Shown here: positions 26,771-35,494 of the stretch, one piece after another
Numbering within the stretch: position 1 is the stretch's first letter
Layout of the letters: every line of letters starts with the position of its first letter
NCBI GenBank assembly: GCA_965224275.1
Contig: CBDCYR010000009.1
Coordinates: 413,945-477,944 of the forward strand
Origin: Alphaproteobacteria bacterium
Lineage (GTDB): Bacteria > Pseudomonadota > Alphaproteobacteria > SHVV01
Reading direction: 5' to 3'
Length of the DNA stretch: 64,000 nucleotides
Program-made: the position numbers and the translations under genes
Notes under the pieces: model-generated
What the model saw: the letters and a program-made list of their open reading frames with translations, nothing else
Databases searched by the model: none
What the model was told of the DNA's origin: nothing

Positions 26771-29700
26771 ACACGGGAAGGTTCAACGTCCGCGCCAGCG
26801 ACCGCGCGGCGCCCAGCAGAGCGTTCTCGTCGCGGTGCGGCGAGATCAGCTGGACACCGATAGGCAGGCCGTTTGATCCGACCCCAACCGGCAGATGCAG
26901 GCAGGGAACATGCAGCATCGTCCACAGACGGTTGAAAACGGCATTGCCTGTTGATTGCAAGCCGACCGGCGCTTCGCCTGGCGCGCTCAATGTCAGGACG
27001 ATCTCGTCAGCCGCAAACAGCTCGGCCAACTGGTCGCGACAGGCTCGTACCAGCGTCCATCTTTCATCGATTTCGGCCGGCGACACCTGGTTGCTCGATT
27101 CAACGAACGTGCGTAACGATTCGCTCAACAGATTGCGCGATTCGGCCATTTCACGTGCCAGCGAGAGCGCCATGTCGGCACTGAGGATCACCCGATGGAC
27201 GGCGTTGAGCGTGTCGAATTCAGCAGGCAACGTGACCTCGCGAATTGCAGCGCCTGATGCACTCGCTTGGGCGGTGACATCATCGAACAAGCTCTCCATC
27301 GCCGCATCGGCTTGGTCCCAATTGGGGCGACAAAGAGCCAGGCGCGGCGCCAGTGTCATCTCGCTAGCCGCGGCGATGTCGGCGTCGGCCAATACCTGCA
27401 TCAGCAAGCCAACATCATCGAGCGAGCGCACCATGAACCCGATCGTATCAAGCCCGGGGGAGAGATATTTCAGACCGCGCGTGGGGATCCGGCCAAAGCT
27501 CGGCTTATAGCCAATCACGCCACAGAACGCCGATGGCCGGATTAACGAGCCGCCGGTTTGCGTCCCGAGCGCGGCCGGCACCATATGCGCCGCCACCGCA
27601 GCCGCGGATCCGCTCGACGAACCACCGGGTGTGTGCGCCGGATTGTGGGGATTGCGGGTCTTGCCGGGACGCTGGAAGGCGAATTCGGTGGTGACGGCTT
27701 TACCCATGATGAGGGCGCCGGCTGCCTTCAATCGGGCTACGCACTCGGCGTCGACCGCCGGTCGATGACCCTGGTAGATCGGCGAATCGCATTCGGTCGG
27801 CATATCGGCGGTGTCGATCACGTCTTTAATGCCGACCGGCACTCCGTGCAGCGGCCCCACCGGGGCTTCGCGATCCCGCGCGCGTGCCTGTTCCCGCAAT
27901 GTGTCGGCGTCGAGCCAGGCCCACGCACCGACGGCCGATTCGCGAGCGTCAATTCGTGCCAACAGGCTCTCGACCAGGGCCTCGGAGGTAAGTTGCCGCG
28001 TGGCGATCGCTTGGGCGGCGGCGCTGACCGACAGCGAGGCCGGATCGTCGATCGTTCCCTGGCGCTGCGTCGCGTGCTGCTCGCGCGCACGCGCGGTTGC
28101 CTCGTGATCGATCGCACCGCTCCCATCAATGACCACGCCGTAAGTGTATTGGGCGATATCGGTGGTGATGTGATCGTCGAGCCAATCATCGAGCACGGCT
28201 TGTTCGTCGCGCGTCATCGGATCGCCATAGCCGCCGCCATTGGCGCCGGCGTAGCGCAGAGAGTCGCCGGCTTTCATGCGCAGCCCGGTCGCTTTGGACG
28301 GCCACGCCTCTTCGTCCGCCTGGCCGGGGTTCTTGGTCAGCTTGCCGGGCAACCCGTCGCGCCCGCCGAATAGGCCGACCGGGGCTTCAAGGTGACGATC
28401 GCCATTGGCCGACATGAAGCCGTCGACCAAGAAGCGCACCTCGCGGGTGACGCCGATACCGCCGCGCCATCGCCCAGCGCCGGGGGGTTCGGTTCGCATT
28501 TGATAGCGCTCGACCCGCAGCGGGTAGTGCATCTCGACTTCTTCGATCGGCACGTTGCGGGTGTTCGCAAGCAGGTTGTCGACCGTATCGAGGCCGTCCT
28601 TGGTCGCCCGCCCGCCGTAACTACCCTCATTGATCTCGATGCAGACCCAGTATTGCTGCCGTTGTTCGTGAAAGCCCGAGTAGGAAATGGTCATGACGGT
28701 GGCCGCGTTGCCCGCCGTTGCCCGCTCGGGCATAACCGGCGCCAGGGCGCGGATCACACAATCGATGACGCGCTGGAGCTGCGCCATACGCGACGTGCAG
28801 GCCCGCGGGAAATTAGGGTTGAAGATACTGCCCTTGGGCGCGACCGCCGAGATCGGCCGGAACATACCGTCGTTTTGAGGAATGAATTCCTCGGATTCGG
28901 CATCATCCAGCATCAAAGTTCGGATTGCGTAGAAACAGCCCACCTGGAGCGACCCTTCGAAGGGAACGTTGTAAGCGGTCTCGACCTCATCGGCGGATCC
29001 GGTGAGGTCAATGACGACATCGGTGCCCCGCACTTTGACCGTGACATTCACCTTGAGCGGCGTATCCCAGTTACGTCCGTCATTATCGAGCCAGCTTTCA
29101 GCGTGATAGTCGCCGTCGGGTATTTTTTCGATCTCCGCCCGCAAACGCCGCTCGGAGTAGTCCATCCAATGGTAGGCGGCGCCCATCACTGTCGTTACGT
29201 CGTGCTTGTCGATCAATGCCAGGAAACGCTCGCGGCCGAGCCGCACGGCGGCAATCATCGCCTCGATGTCGGCAGCATTGAACTCGGGCGTGCGCACGCT
29301 GTCTTGCAGCAAACTCCACACCGCTTCGTTGCGGCGGCCGCGTTCGTAGAGTTTGATCGAGTTGAACAGCGTGCCCTCGGCATAGACGTCGATGAGATCA
29401 ACATTGACCCCCGGCGTCGCCGCGCCAACGTCGATCAGATGCGCCGTCGATGCGGCGAACCCGAGCAGCTTGCCGTCGTGAAAAATCGGCAGCGCCACCC
29501 CCATATCAGGCGTGTGCGAGGCTCCGAAATAGGGGTGGTTGTGGATAATAATGTCGCCTTCGTCGACCCGGCCGCCCAGCCGCTTCATGAAACCGCGGAT
29601 GTAAAACGGCAGCGAACCGATGTGCATCGGTGAACTTTCGCTCTCGCACATCTCGCGGCCTTCGGCGTCGAACAGGCCGCAGCCGAGATCTTCTGATTCG

Positions 29701-30119
29701 CGGATGATGCTCGAATAGGACATGCGATAGAGCACATGCGCCATCTCACGCGCGATCGTGTTAAACGCGCCGCCGATAACACGCAGCGTCACCGGATTGA
29801 TATCGATGTTATTGAACTTGTCCGGCGTAAACGCGAGCGGCGCTGGTCCGGAGTCATAACTGGCCAGGCACTCAGTCAGGCTGCGCGCTGACGCGCTTTC
29901 GATCTTGTCACCGAGCGACAGCGCCGCCAATTCCGGATCATCGGCGATGGCGATGCTGTGGTTGACGGTGCGGCCATTGGCCTTGAGCTCGCCCTCGACG
30001 ACCAGGTTGCCGCCCACCACGTTGCGCAAATGCACATCGAAATGCCAATCCCTGCCGAATCTAGCGTCGAGCTTCTCGGCGACGTCGCTGGGAATGTGGG
30101 CGCCGAGGGTCTCGCTCAT
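26763..30119 (-). CDS. Hydantoinase B/oxoprolinase beta subunit fused to an amidase-signature domain, with an extra N-terminal domain
   Basis: SYSSIIRESED, NHPYFGASHTPD, AHLIDVG, GAGRWRGG, GGGYGDP, then GIKDVIDT, GGSSSGS, GTQTGGSLIRPS. Confidence 0.88.
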   Translation of the reverse strand: MSETLGAHIPSDVAEKLDARFGRDWHFDVHLRNVVGGNLVVEGELKANGRTVNHSIAIADDPELAALSLGDKIESASARSLTECLASYDSGPAPLAFTPDKFNNIDINPVTLRVIGGAFNTIAREMAHVLYRMSYSSIIRESEDLGCGLFDAEGREMCESESSPMHIGSLPFYIRGFMKRLGGRVDEGDIIIHNHPYFGASHTPDMGVALPIFHDGKLLGFAASTAHLIDVGAATPGVNVDLIDVYAEGTLFNSIKLYERGRRNEAVWSLLQDSVRTPEFNAADIEAMIAAVRLGRERFLALIDKHDVTTVMGAAYHWMDYSERRLRAEIEKIPDGDYHAESWLDNDGRNWDTPLKVNVTVKVRGTDVVIDLTGSADEVETAYNVPFEGSLQVGCFYAIRTLMLDDAESEEFIPQNDGMFRPISAVAPKGSIFNPNFPRACTSRMAQLQRVIDCVIRALAPVMPERATAGNAATVMTISYSGFHEQRQQYWVCIEINEGSYGGRATKDGLDTVDNLLANTRNVPIEEVEMHYPLRVERYQMRTEPPGAGRWRGGIGVTREVRFLVDGFMSANGDRHLEAPVGLFGGRDGLPGKLTKNPGQADEEAWPSKATGLRMKAGDSLRYAGANGGGYGDPMTRDEQAVLDDWLDDHITTDIAQYTYGVVIDGSGAIDHEATARAREQHATQRQGTIDDPASLSVSAAAQAIATRQLTSEALVESLLARIDARESAVGAWAWLDADTLREQARARDREAPVGPLHGVPVGIKDVIDTADMPTECDSPIYQGHRPAVDAECVARLKAAGALIMGKAVTTEFAFQRPGKTRNPHNPAHTPGGSSSGSAAAVAAHMVPAALGTQTGGSLIRPSAFCGVIGYKPSFGRIPTRGLKYLSPGLDTIGFMVRSLDDVGLLMQVLADADIAAASEMTLAPRLALCRPNWDQADAAMESLFDDVTAQASASGAAIREVTLPAEFDTLNAVHRVILSADMALSLAREMAESRNLLSESLRTFVESSNQVSPAEIDERWTLVRACRDQLAELFAADEIVLTLSAPGEAPVGLQSTGNAVFNRLWTMLHVPCLHLPVGVGSNGLPIGVQLISPHRDENALLGAARSLARTLNLPVFG

Positions 30120-31498
30120 AGCGCCAACTGGTCGACCAGGCGGTCGACATCATCGAGCTCGTCGACGTGCCACAGCGCCTGGATAAGCTCGTCTCGTCTG
30201 GCCTGCGACAAGACGTCGGCGTTTAGTTTGTGAAACTTGGCCTCAAGCTGGGCATCGGTTGGGCCGCGGCCGATATCATCTAAAGTCAACATGCCGAGGG
30301 CGCTATGGGTGGCACCGCTCGCATCGGTCGCCTCGATCAAGCAGCTACGGATCGTAGGCGTTTGGCTGGTAAACGCGTCGCTGATCTCGACGTTGGTACG
30401 CCCGATCAAGGCCAGTACGTCGTCGTCGAGGAAGCGCGCCGCCGTGAATGTTTGCGGCGTGACCTCGCCATCGATTAACGCGGTCGACACTGCGACCGGC
30501 ATTGAATGATCGGCGGTTTCACGGGTTTTGGGTGCCCATAATTCGGGATCGGCAACCGCCCCCTTGTGGGCTGACTTATAGGTGCTGATCTTGAGCGCCG
30601 CGATGTCTGGCGCGGCGATCTTGGTCCGTAGGTCGAGCGCGGTATCGACCGCGAGCTGGCAGGAATCGCGCACCGGATATTTCTTAATGTTGGTTTGGCA
30701 GATCGCGAAGGTCTCTCCGGCCCGGGCAAAAGCACTGATATCGTAGGGCTTGCCGAGGGTTTGGTTCCACAATCCAAAGATCCCATCGAACGCGTCGTAG
30801 GGACCGCTCATACCCTCGCGCGCGAGGGTGGCGGCGAAGACCCCCTGACGCGCCCCGTTGGCCGCAGCACAGCCCTTCCACATGCTGAGTTCCCCAGCCC
30901 GCGTCTGGTAGGTGCACAAATTAGGCACGATGGCGAGCGCCAACGCATCGCGCAGGGCATCGTGACCCAATCCCATCAACCGTCCGCTCGCCAACGCGCT
31001 CGCCATGACGCCGGGCACCGGTTGGTCCCAGCCGTTGTCGTTGAAGGGCACCGAATCGACGAATCGGCACTGCAGCTCGTACGAAATCGTTAGCGCCAGA
31101 ATTAGATCGCGTCCCGAACAACCATTCGCTTCGGCGACCGCTAATAGACCGCCGAGATTGTCCGATGGGTGGCTGCCGTCGACCGTGCGGTGGGTATCGT
31201 TGATGTCGAGATAGCGCAGCATAGCGCCATTCGCGAACGCGGCCATTTCGGGCGACGTCACCGTCAGGCTGCCAAAGATGCGCGCGGCCGGGCCGGCGCT
31301 CACCGGTTGCGCCACCGACCGCGCGATGCGCACCGGCTCGGCGTCATACGCGGCCAAAGCCCCGCCGATTGTATCGAGGATGCGTCGTTTGGCGTGTTGC
31401 ACGACATCGGCGTCGAGCTCGTCATAGGCGAGGCCGGCGGTGTAGTCGATCATGCGTTGTTCAAGGGCGCTGATACGCGCGTCCGGGTTTGCGCTCAT
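30116..31498 (-). CDS. MmgE/PrpD-family protein (paralog 2)
   Basis: RYLDIND, HPSDN, TRAGELSMWKG, TRETADHS. Confidence 0.9.
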   Translation of the reverse strand: MSANPDARISALEQRMIDYTAGLAYDELDADVVQHAKRRILDTIGGALAAYDAEPVRIARSVAQPVSAGPAARIFGSLTVTSPEMAAFANGAMLRYLDINDTHRTVDGSHPSDNLGGLLAVAEANGCSGRDLILALTISYELQCRFVDSVPFNDNGWDQPVPGVMASALASGRLMGLGHDALRDALALAIVPNLCTYQTRAGELSMWKGCAAANGARQGVFAATLAREGMSGPYDAFDGIFGLWNQTLGKPYDISAFARAGETFAICQTNIKKYPVRDSCQLAVDTALDLRTKIAAPDIAALKISTYKSAHKGAVADPELWAPKTRETADHSMPVAVSTALIDGEVTPQTFTAARFLDDDVLALIGRTNVEISDAFTSQTPTIRSCLIEATDASGATHSALGMLTLDDIGRGPTDAQLEAKFHKLNADVLSQARRDELIQALWHVDELDDVDRLVDQLAL

Positions 31499-31732
31499 CA
31501 CTTGTGAGATAGTTGTTCGGGTTGCTTGGAGCTCGCGGAAACCGGCTCTTAGTGTACGGTTCGATCACCGTTCGGCAAGCGCCAAGAAGGGGAGCGGAAA
31601 AGAGACCAGTAGAGGTGTGTATAGGACAATAACCCTCCGATTGTTAGTCAGCAGACGCTTTGCTATCGTGCCCTGCAGTTTGCGGAAAAGAGCCGGCGAT
31701 TCTCACCGGCTGTACCTGGGAGGAGGATTTTC

Positions 31733-32785
31733 ATGACTCGCAAAAAAGACCCTAAAACATCGGATGTTTCCCGACGCAAGGTTCTCAAAACCGGCGCTGT
31801 CGCGGCGACCGGCGCCATTCTCGGCTTCCCCGCGATCGTCCGTCCGGCGAGCGCGAAGCGGTTCCTCAAGCCGATCGTGGCCGGCTTAAACGCCAAGGAA
31901 GGCGACCCCAGCTACAACTCGATCTCGTTGATTCCGAAGATCCTGGCTGAGAAGTTCGACATCGAGATGGATTTCCAAATCCATCACTCGTCGACATTGG
32001 GCACGGATATTTCGCAGCTTGAGGCCGTCCAGACCGGCTTCATCGACATCACCAGCAACACGACCGCGCAGTTCAGCCGTTTCTCGCCCGATTTTGAGTT
32101 TGTCGGTCTGCCCTATGCGATTACCGATTGGGACATGGGCGAGCGCTTGTTCAAGTCGGGACTGTGGAAAGATCAGGCTGCCAGGTTTGAAAAGAATGTG
32201 CCGATCAAGGTTTTGCCGCCGGTCGGTGCGGGCGGCTTTCGGTTGCTGTGGAACAGCAAACGGGCCTTGGAGACGCCAGCCAAGATTCAGGGCTTGAAGT
32301 TCCGCACCACGGGCTCGCCGCTTTCGATTCAGTTGATCAAGAATTGGGGTGGCAACCCGACACCGATCCCCTGGACCGAGACCTATAACGCCATCAAGAC
32401 CGGCGTCGTCGATGGATTCCACGTGCAGCCGATCTGGACCTATCTGTTCAAGATGCACGAGGTTCTCGCGCATGCCACCGAGGTCAAAGCGCTGTTCTCA
32501 GTGCAGCTTCAGGTCATGAATATCAACACCTTCAACGCCATTCCCGAAGCGATGCGTGGCCCCTTCATGCAAGCGGCGCAGATGGCGGCGGACGAAGGCA
32601 ACAAGCAGGATCGTGAAAAAGAAGAGAGCTTCAAAACGAAACTGCGTGAGGCCGGTAAGACGATCTACACCCCGAGCAGCGCCGAAGCAGCGCAATGGCG
32701 CAAGGGCGGTGAGGCCGTGTGGGAAACCGAAGGCAAGAGCATCGATCGTTCGGTTATCGATCGCATGATTGCGCTCCGCACGTAG
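31733..32785 (+). CDS. TRAP transporter substrate-binding protein (DctP family), Tat signal
   Basis: SRRKVLK twin-arginine signal; GLKFR, GGNPTPIPWTETYNAIKTGVVDG. Confidence 0.9.
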   Translation: MTRKKDPKTSDVSRRKVLKTGAVAATGAILGFPAIVRPASAKRFLKPIVAGLNAKEGDPSYNSISLIPKILAEKFDIEMDFQIHHSSTLGTDISQLEAVQTGFIDITSNTTAQFSRFSPDFEFVGLPYAITDWDMGERLFKSGLWKDQAARFEKNVPIKVLPPVGAGGFRLLWNSKRALETPAKIQGLKFRTTGSPLSIQLIKNWGGNPTPIPWTETYNAIKTGVVDGFHVQPIWTYLFKMHEVLAHATEVKALFSVQLQVMNINTFNAIPEAMRGPFMQAAQMAADEGNKQDREKEESFKTKLREAGKTIYTPSSAEAAQWRKGGEAVWETEGKSIDRSVIDRMIALRT

Positions 32786-32857
32786 TCGACTATTCCAGCG
32801 GGGGCTTACCGACGTGGTGAGCCCCCGTCTGCGTTCAACTGGAGCATCGTAACTAAC

Positions 32858-33385
32858 ATGGATGCGTTCCAACGCATCGTCGACGCGATCGACCTGGTTG
32901 CCAAAGTGGTCGCCGGCGGAATCGCGGCGATCATCTTTGCTGTCATGCTGGCGCAGGTTTTCTTCCGCTACGTCATCAACAGCTCACTGCAGTGGTCTGA
33001 GGAACTCGCGATTTGGGGATTGATCTGGATGGTGTTCATCGGTTCCGTGGTGTTGCTGCGCCACTGGGGCCATATCGGCATTCCCACCTTCGTGAATATG
33101 TTCCCGCTACGCGTTCGGATCCCGCTGATCATTCTCAGCAAACTCATTAGCGTCGTTTTCCTGGTCGCGCTCGTGTACTACGGCATCCAGGTTTTCAACG
33201 CGTCGTTCCATGCTGATTCGATCAGCATGGGGCATATCTCAACGCGTTGGGTGAAGGTGGCGATCCCGGTCGGTGCCGGGTTGATGGTGGTGCTCGCGCT
33301 TTACAGCATTACCGATGATATTCGCCGCTGGCTACGCGGCGATCTCGAACACTTCCGCCAATTCGGTAGCTCCGAAGCGAACTAA
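32858..33385 (+). CDS. TRAP small permease (DctQ family)
   Basis: QVFFRYV..SSLQWSEELA, GHI; four TM segments. Confidence 0.9.
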   Translation: MDAFQRIVDAIDLVAKVVAGGIAAIIFAVMLAQVFFRYVINSSLQWSEELAIWGLIWMVFIGSVVLLRHWGHIGIPTFVNMFPLRVRIPLIILSKLISVVFLVALVYYGIQVFNASFHADSISMGHISTRWVKVAIPVGAGLMVVLALYSITDDIRRWLRGDLEHFRQFGSSEAN

Positions 33386-33413
33386 CTCAAGGACTGCCCA
33401 GGAAGCCGCCCGC

Positions 33414-34715
33414 ATGGAACTCGTCGGCCTGTTCCTGTTCATCCCGTTTCTCGTCTGTCTCGTGCTGGGCGTTCCGATTGCCTTCAGCCTGGGGCTCTCG
33501 TGCCTGGTGTTCTTGTTGTTCTCCGGCACCCACATCCCGCCGCTCATTGTCATCACCGAAATGTATACCGCGATCGATTCGTTCGCGTTGTTGGCATTGC
33601 CGATGTTTGTGCTGACGGGCGAACTCCTAAATCGTTGCAATCTCACTGAAAAGTTGGTCGAAGCCGCCCGCCTCCTGATCGGTTGGATCAAAGGCGGACT
33701 CGCGCACGTCAATGTCGTTACCAGTATGTTCTTTGCAGGCATTTCAGGGTCGGTGTTGGCCGATGCGGCGTCGATTGGACCGATCCTGATACCGGCGATG
33801 ATCCGCGAACGCTATCCGGCCGCGTTCTCAGCCGCGATCACCGGGGCGAGTTCGGTGATCGGCGCGATCATCCCGCCCAGCATTCCGCTCATTATCGTGG
33901 GCGGCCAATTGCAGATCTCGATTGGCGGCCTGTTCGCCGCCGGTGTCGTTCCCGGCATCCTGGTGGGACTGTTCTTGATGATCACGGCTTACATCATCTG
34001 CTCGGTGAAGGGTTATGGTCACGTCCATCGCTTTGAGGGCGTGGTCAACACCTCGGTGGGTACCTTCAAGGCGCTGCCGGCTCTGATGATTCCGGTGCTG
34101 ATTCTCGGCGGTATTTTGTCGGGTATTTTCACGCCAACCGAGGCTGGCGCGATCGCCGTTCTTTATACGCTGCTGGTTGGCGCGTTTTATTATCGCAGCC
34201 TCGACAGTTACAAGTTGCGTGCATCACTGATTGCAACGGCTCGAGTCTCCGCATCAGCCCTGCTGATCGTCGCCGCCGCAATCGTGTTTGGCCGCATCCT
34301 CACGTTCTATCGTGTTCCCCAGGAGATTCTCGACTTGCTGTTGTCCATCACCGACAGCCGCGTGATCCTGTTCCTGATTATCATCGTGTTCTTCTTGTTC
34401 ATGGGCACGTTCATGGACGCGGTCGCGAACATGATCATTCTGGGGCCACTGTTGATGCCGATTGCGGTCGATGGACTCGGCATGCACCCGATCCAGTTTG
34501 GGATATTCCTGATGATCGGCCTGTTGCTCGGCGTCATCACGCCGCCGCTCGGGCTGATCTTGTTCGTGGTCTCGCCAATAGCAGGGGTGACTCTAGAACG
34601 TACCGCGGTTGCGGTGATCCCGTTTCTGCTCGCTGAGCTAACTGTCCTGCTGCTGGTTGTCTTCGTCCCCGACGTCACGCTCGCGATCCCGCGATGGGTC
34701 GGCCTCGTCGAGTGA
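33414..34715 (+). CDS. TRAP large permease (DctM family)
   Basis: LLALPMFVLTG, SGSVLADAA, IIPPSIP, FTPTEAG, TPPLG; start MELVG at 33414. Confidence 0.93.
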   Translation: MELVGLFLFIPFLVCLVLGVPIAFSLGLSCLVFLLFSGTHIPPLIVITEMYTAIDSFALLALPMFVLTGELLNRCNLTEKLVEAARLLIGWIKGGLAHVNVVTSMFFAGISGSVLADAASIGPILIPAMIRERYPAAFSAAITGASSVIGAIIPPSIPLIIVGGQLQISIGGLFAAGVVPGILVGLFLMITAYIICSVKGYGHVHRFEGVVNTSVGTFKALPALMIPVLILGGILSGIFTPTEAGAIAVLYTLLVGAFYYRSLDSYKLRASLIATARVSASALLIVAAAIVFGRILTFYRVPQEILDLLLSITDSRVILFLIIIVFFLFMGTFMDAVANMIILGPLLMPIAVDGLGMHPIQFGIFLMIGLLLGVITPPLGLILFVVSPIAGVTLERTAVAVIPFLLAELTVLLLVVFVPDVTLAIPRWVGLVE

Positions 34716-35485
34716 CGCGACGCGATCTCAGCAACCGATCGATCGTCGTTACCGTAGTCGCTGGCGGACTGGCGGCGGCCATCTATTTCACCGCCCAGCC
34801 GGCGCTACCGGAGGTCTGGCGCACTCCTGGAACACCGCCGCTCTATCTCGCGGGCGTTGCCGGCAGCTTGCTGCTGCTGGTGCCAGCCGCCTTTGGGTTC
34901 GCCAAGCGTAGTGGTCTCGCTGACCACCCGACCGCCTGGTTTGTCGCGCACGTGTTGGCCGGGGTTGGCGGCGGCGTGTTGATCGCGATCCATACCGCCG
35001 GCACTCTGGAACGGCCCCCGGCGCTAATGCTAATCGGGATCGTGTTCCTCGTGGTGCAAGGCGCGTGGGCGCGAACAATGCTTTCACGTACGGTTAGCGC
35101 CACTTTTGGTCGCCAACTAGCGGGATTTTCTCCGCCCGATTCGGCGCTGAAAGAACGGTTGTCGCGGCTCATTGGCGACAAAGAGGCGGTGCTGATTCGC
35201 CTGGATGTGGGTGCAACCGAGGGCACATTTTCGCTCACTCCGCGGCACTGGTTGGCGCACCCCTTGCTGGCTTGGCGTTATCACCGCCTGGTTGCCGTCG
35301 AGCGGGCGGCGCTCGGGCAGCGCGGTCGTTTGCCGCCACTGCAAGCTTATTGGCGGGCAATCCATATGCTGGTGGCATGGGCATTGGTCGCCGGTCTGTT
35401 GATCCATATCGTGGTCGTAACTTTCTTTGCGGGCTACGCCGCGGACGGATCGACGATCTATTGGTGGCACGTGAGCGACTGGTAA
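34712..35485 (+). CDS. Membrane protein with four intramembrane His, cytochrome b-like
   Basis: WFVAHV, IAIHT, WRAIHM, LLIHI in hydrophobic segments; overlaps the dctM stop; precedes the Fe-S/molybdopterin gene. Confidence 0.65.
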   Translation: MTRRDLSNRSIVVTVVAGGLAAAIYFTAQPALPEVWRTPGTPPLYLAGVAGSLLLLVPAAFGFAKRSGLADHPTAWFVAHVLAGVGGGVLIAIHTAGTLERPPALMLIGIVFLVVQGAWARTMLSRTVSATFGRQLAGFSPPDSALKERLSRLIGDKEAVLIRLDVGATEGTFSLTPRHWLAHPLLAWRYHRLVAVERAALGQRGRLPPLQAYWRAIHMLVAWALVAGLLIHIVVVTFFAGYAADGSTIYWWHVSDW

Positions 35486-35494
35486 GGTGACCGG

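Noticed and set aside
28392-29633. 413-aa plus-strand ORF and many similar overlapping ORFs in the track
   Set aside because: Antisense or alternative-frame ORFs over well-supported genes, typical of high-GC codon bias.
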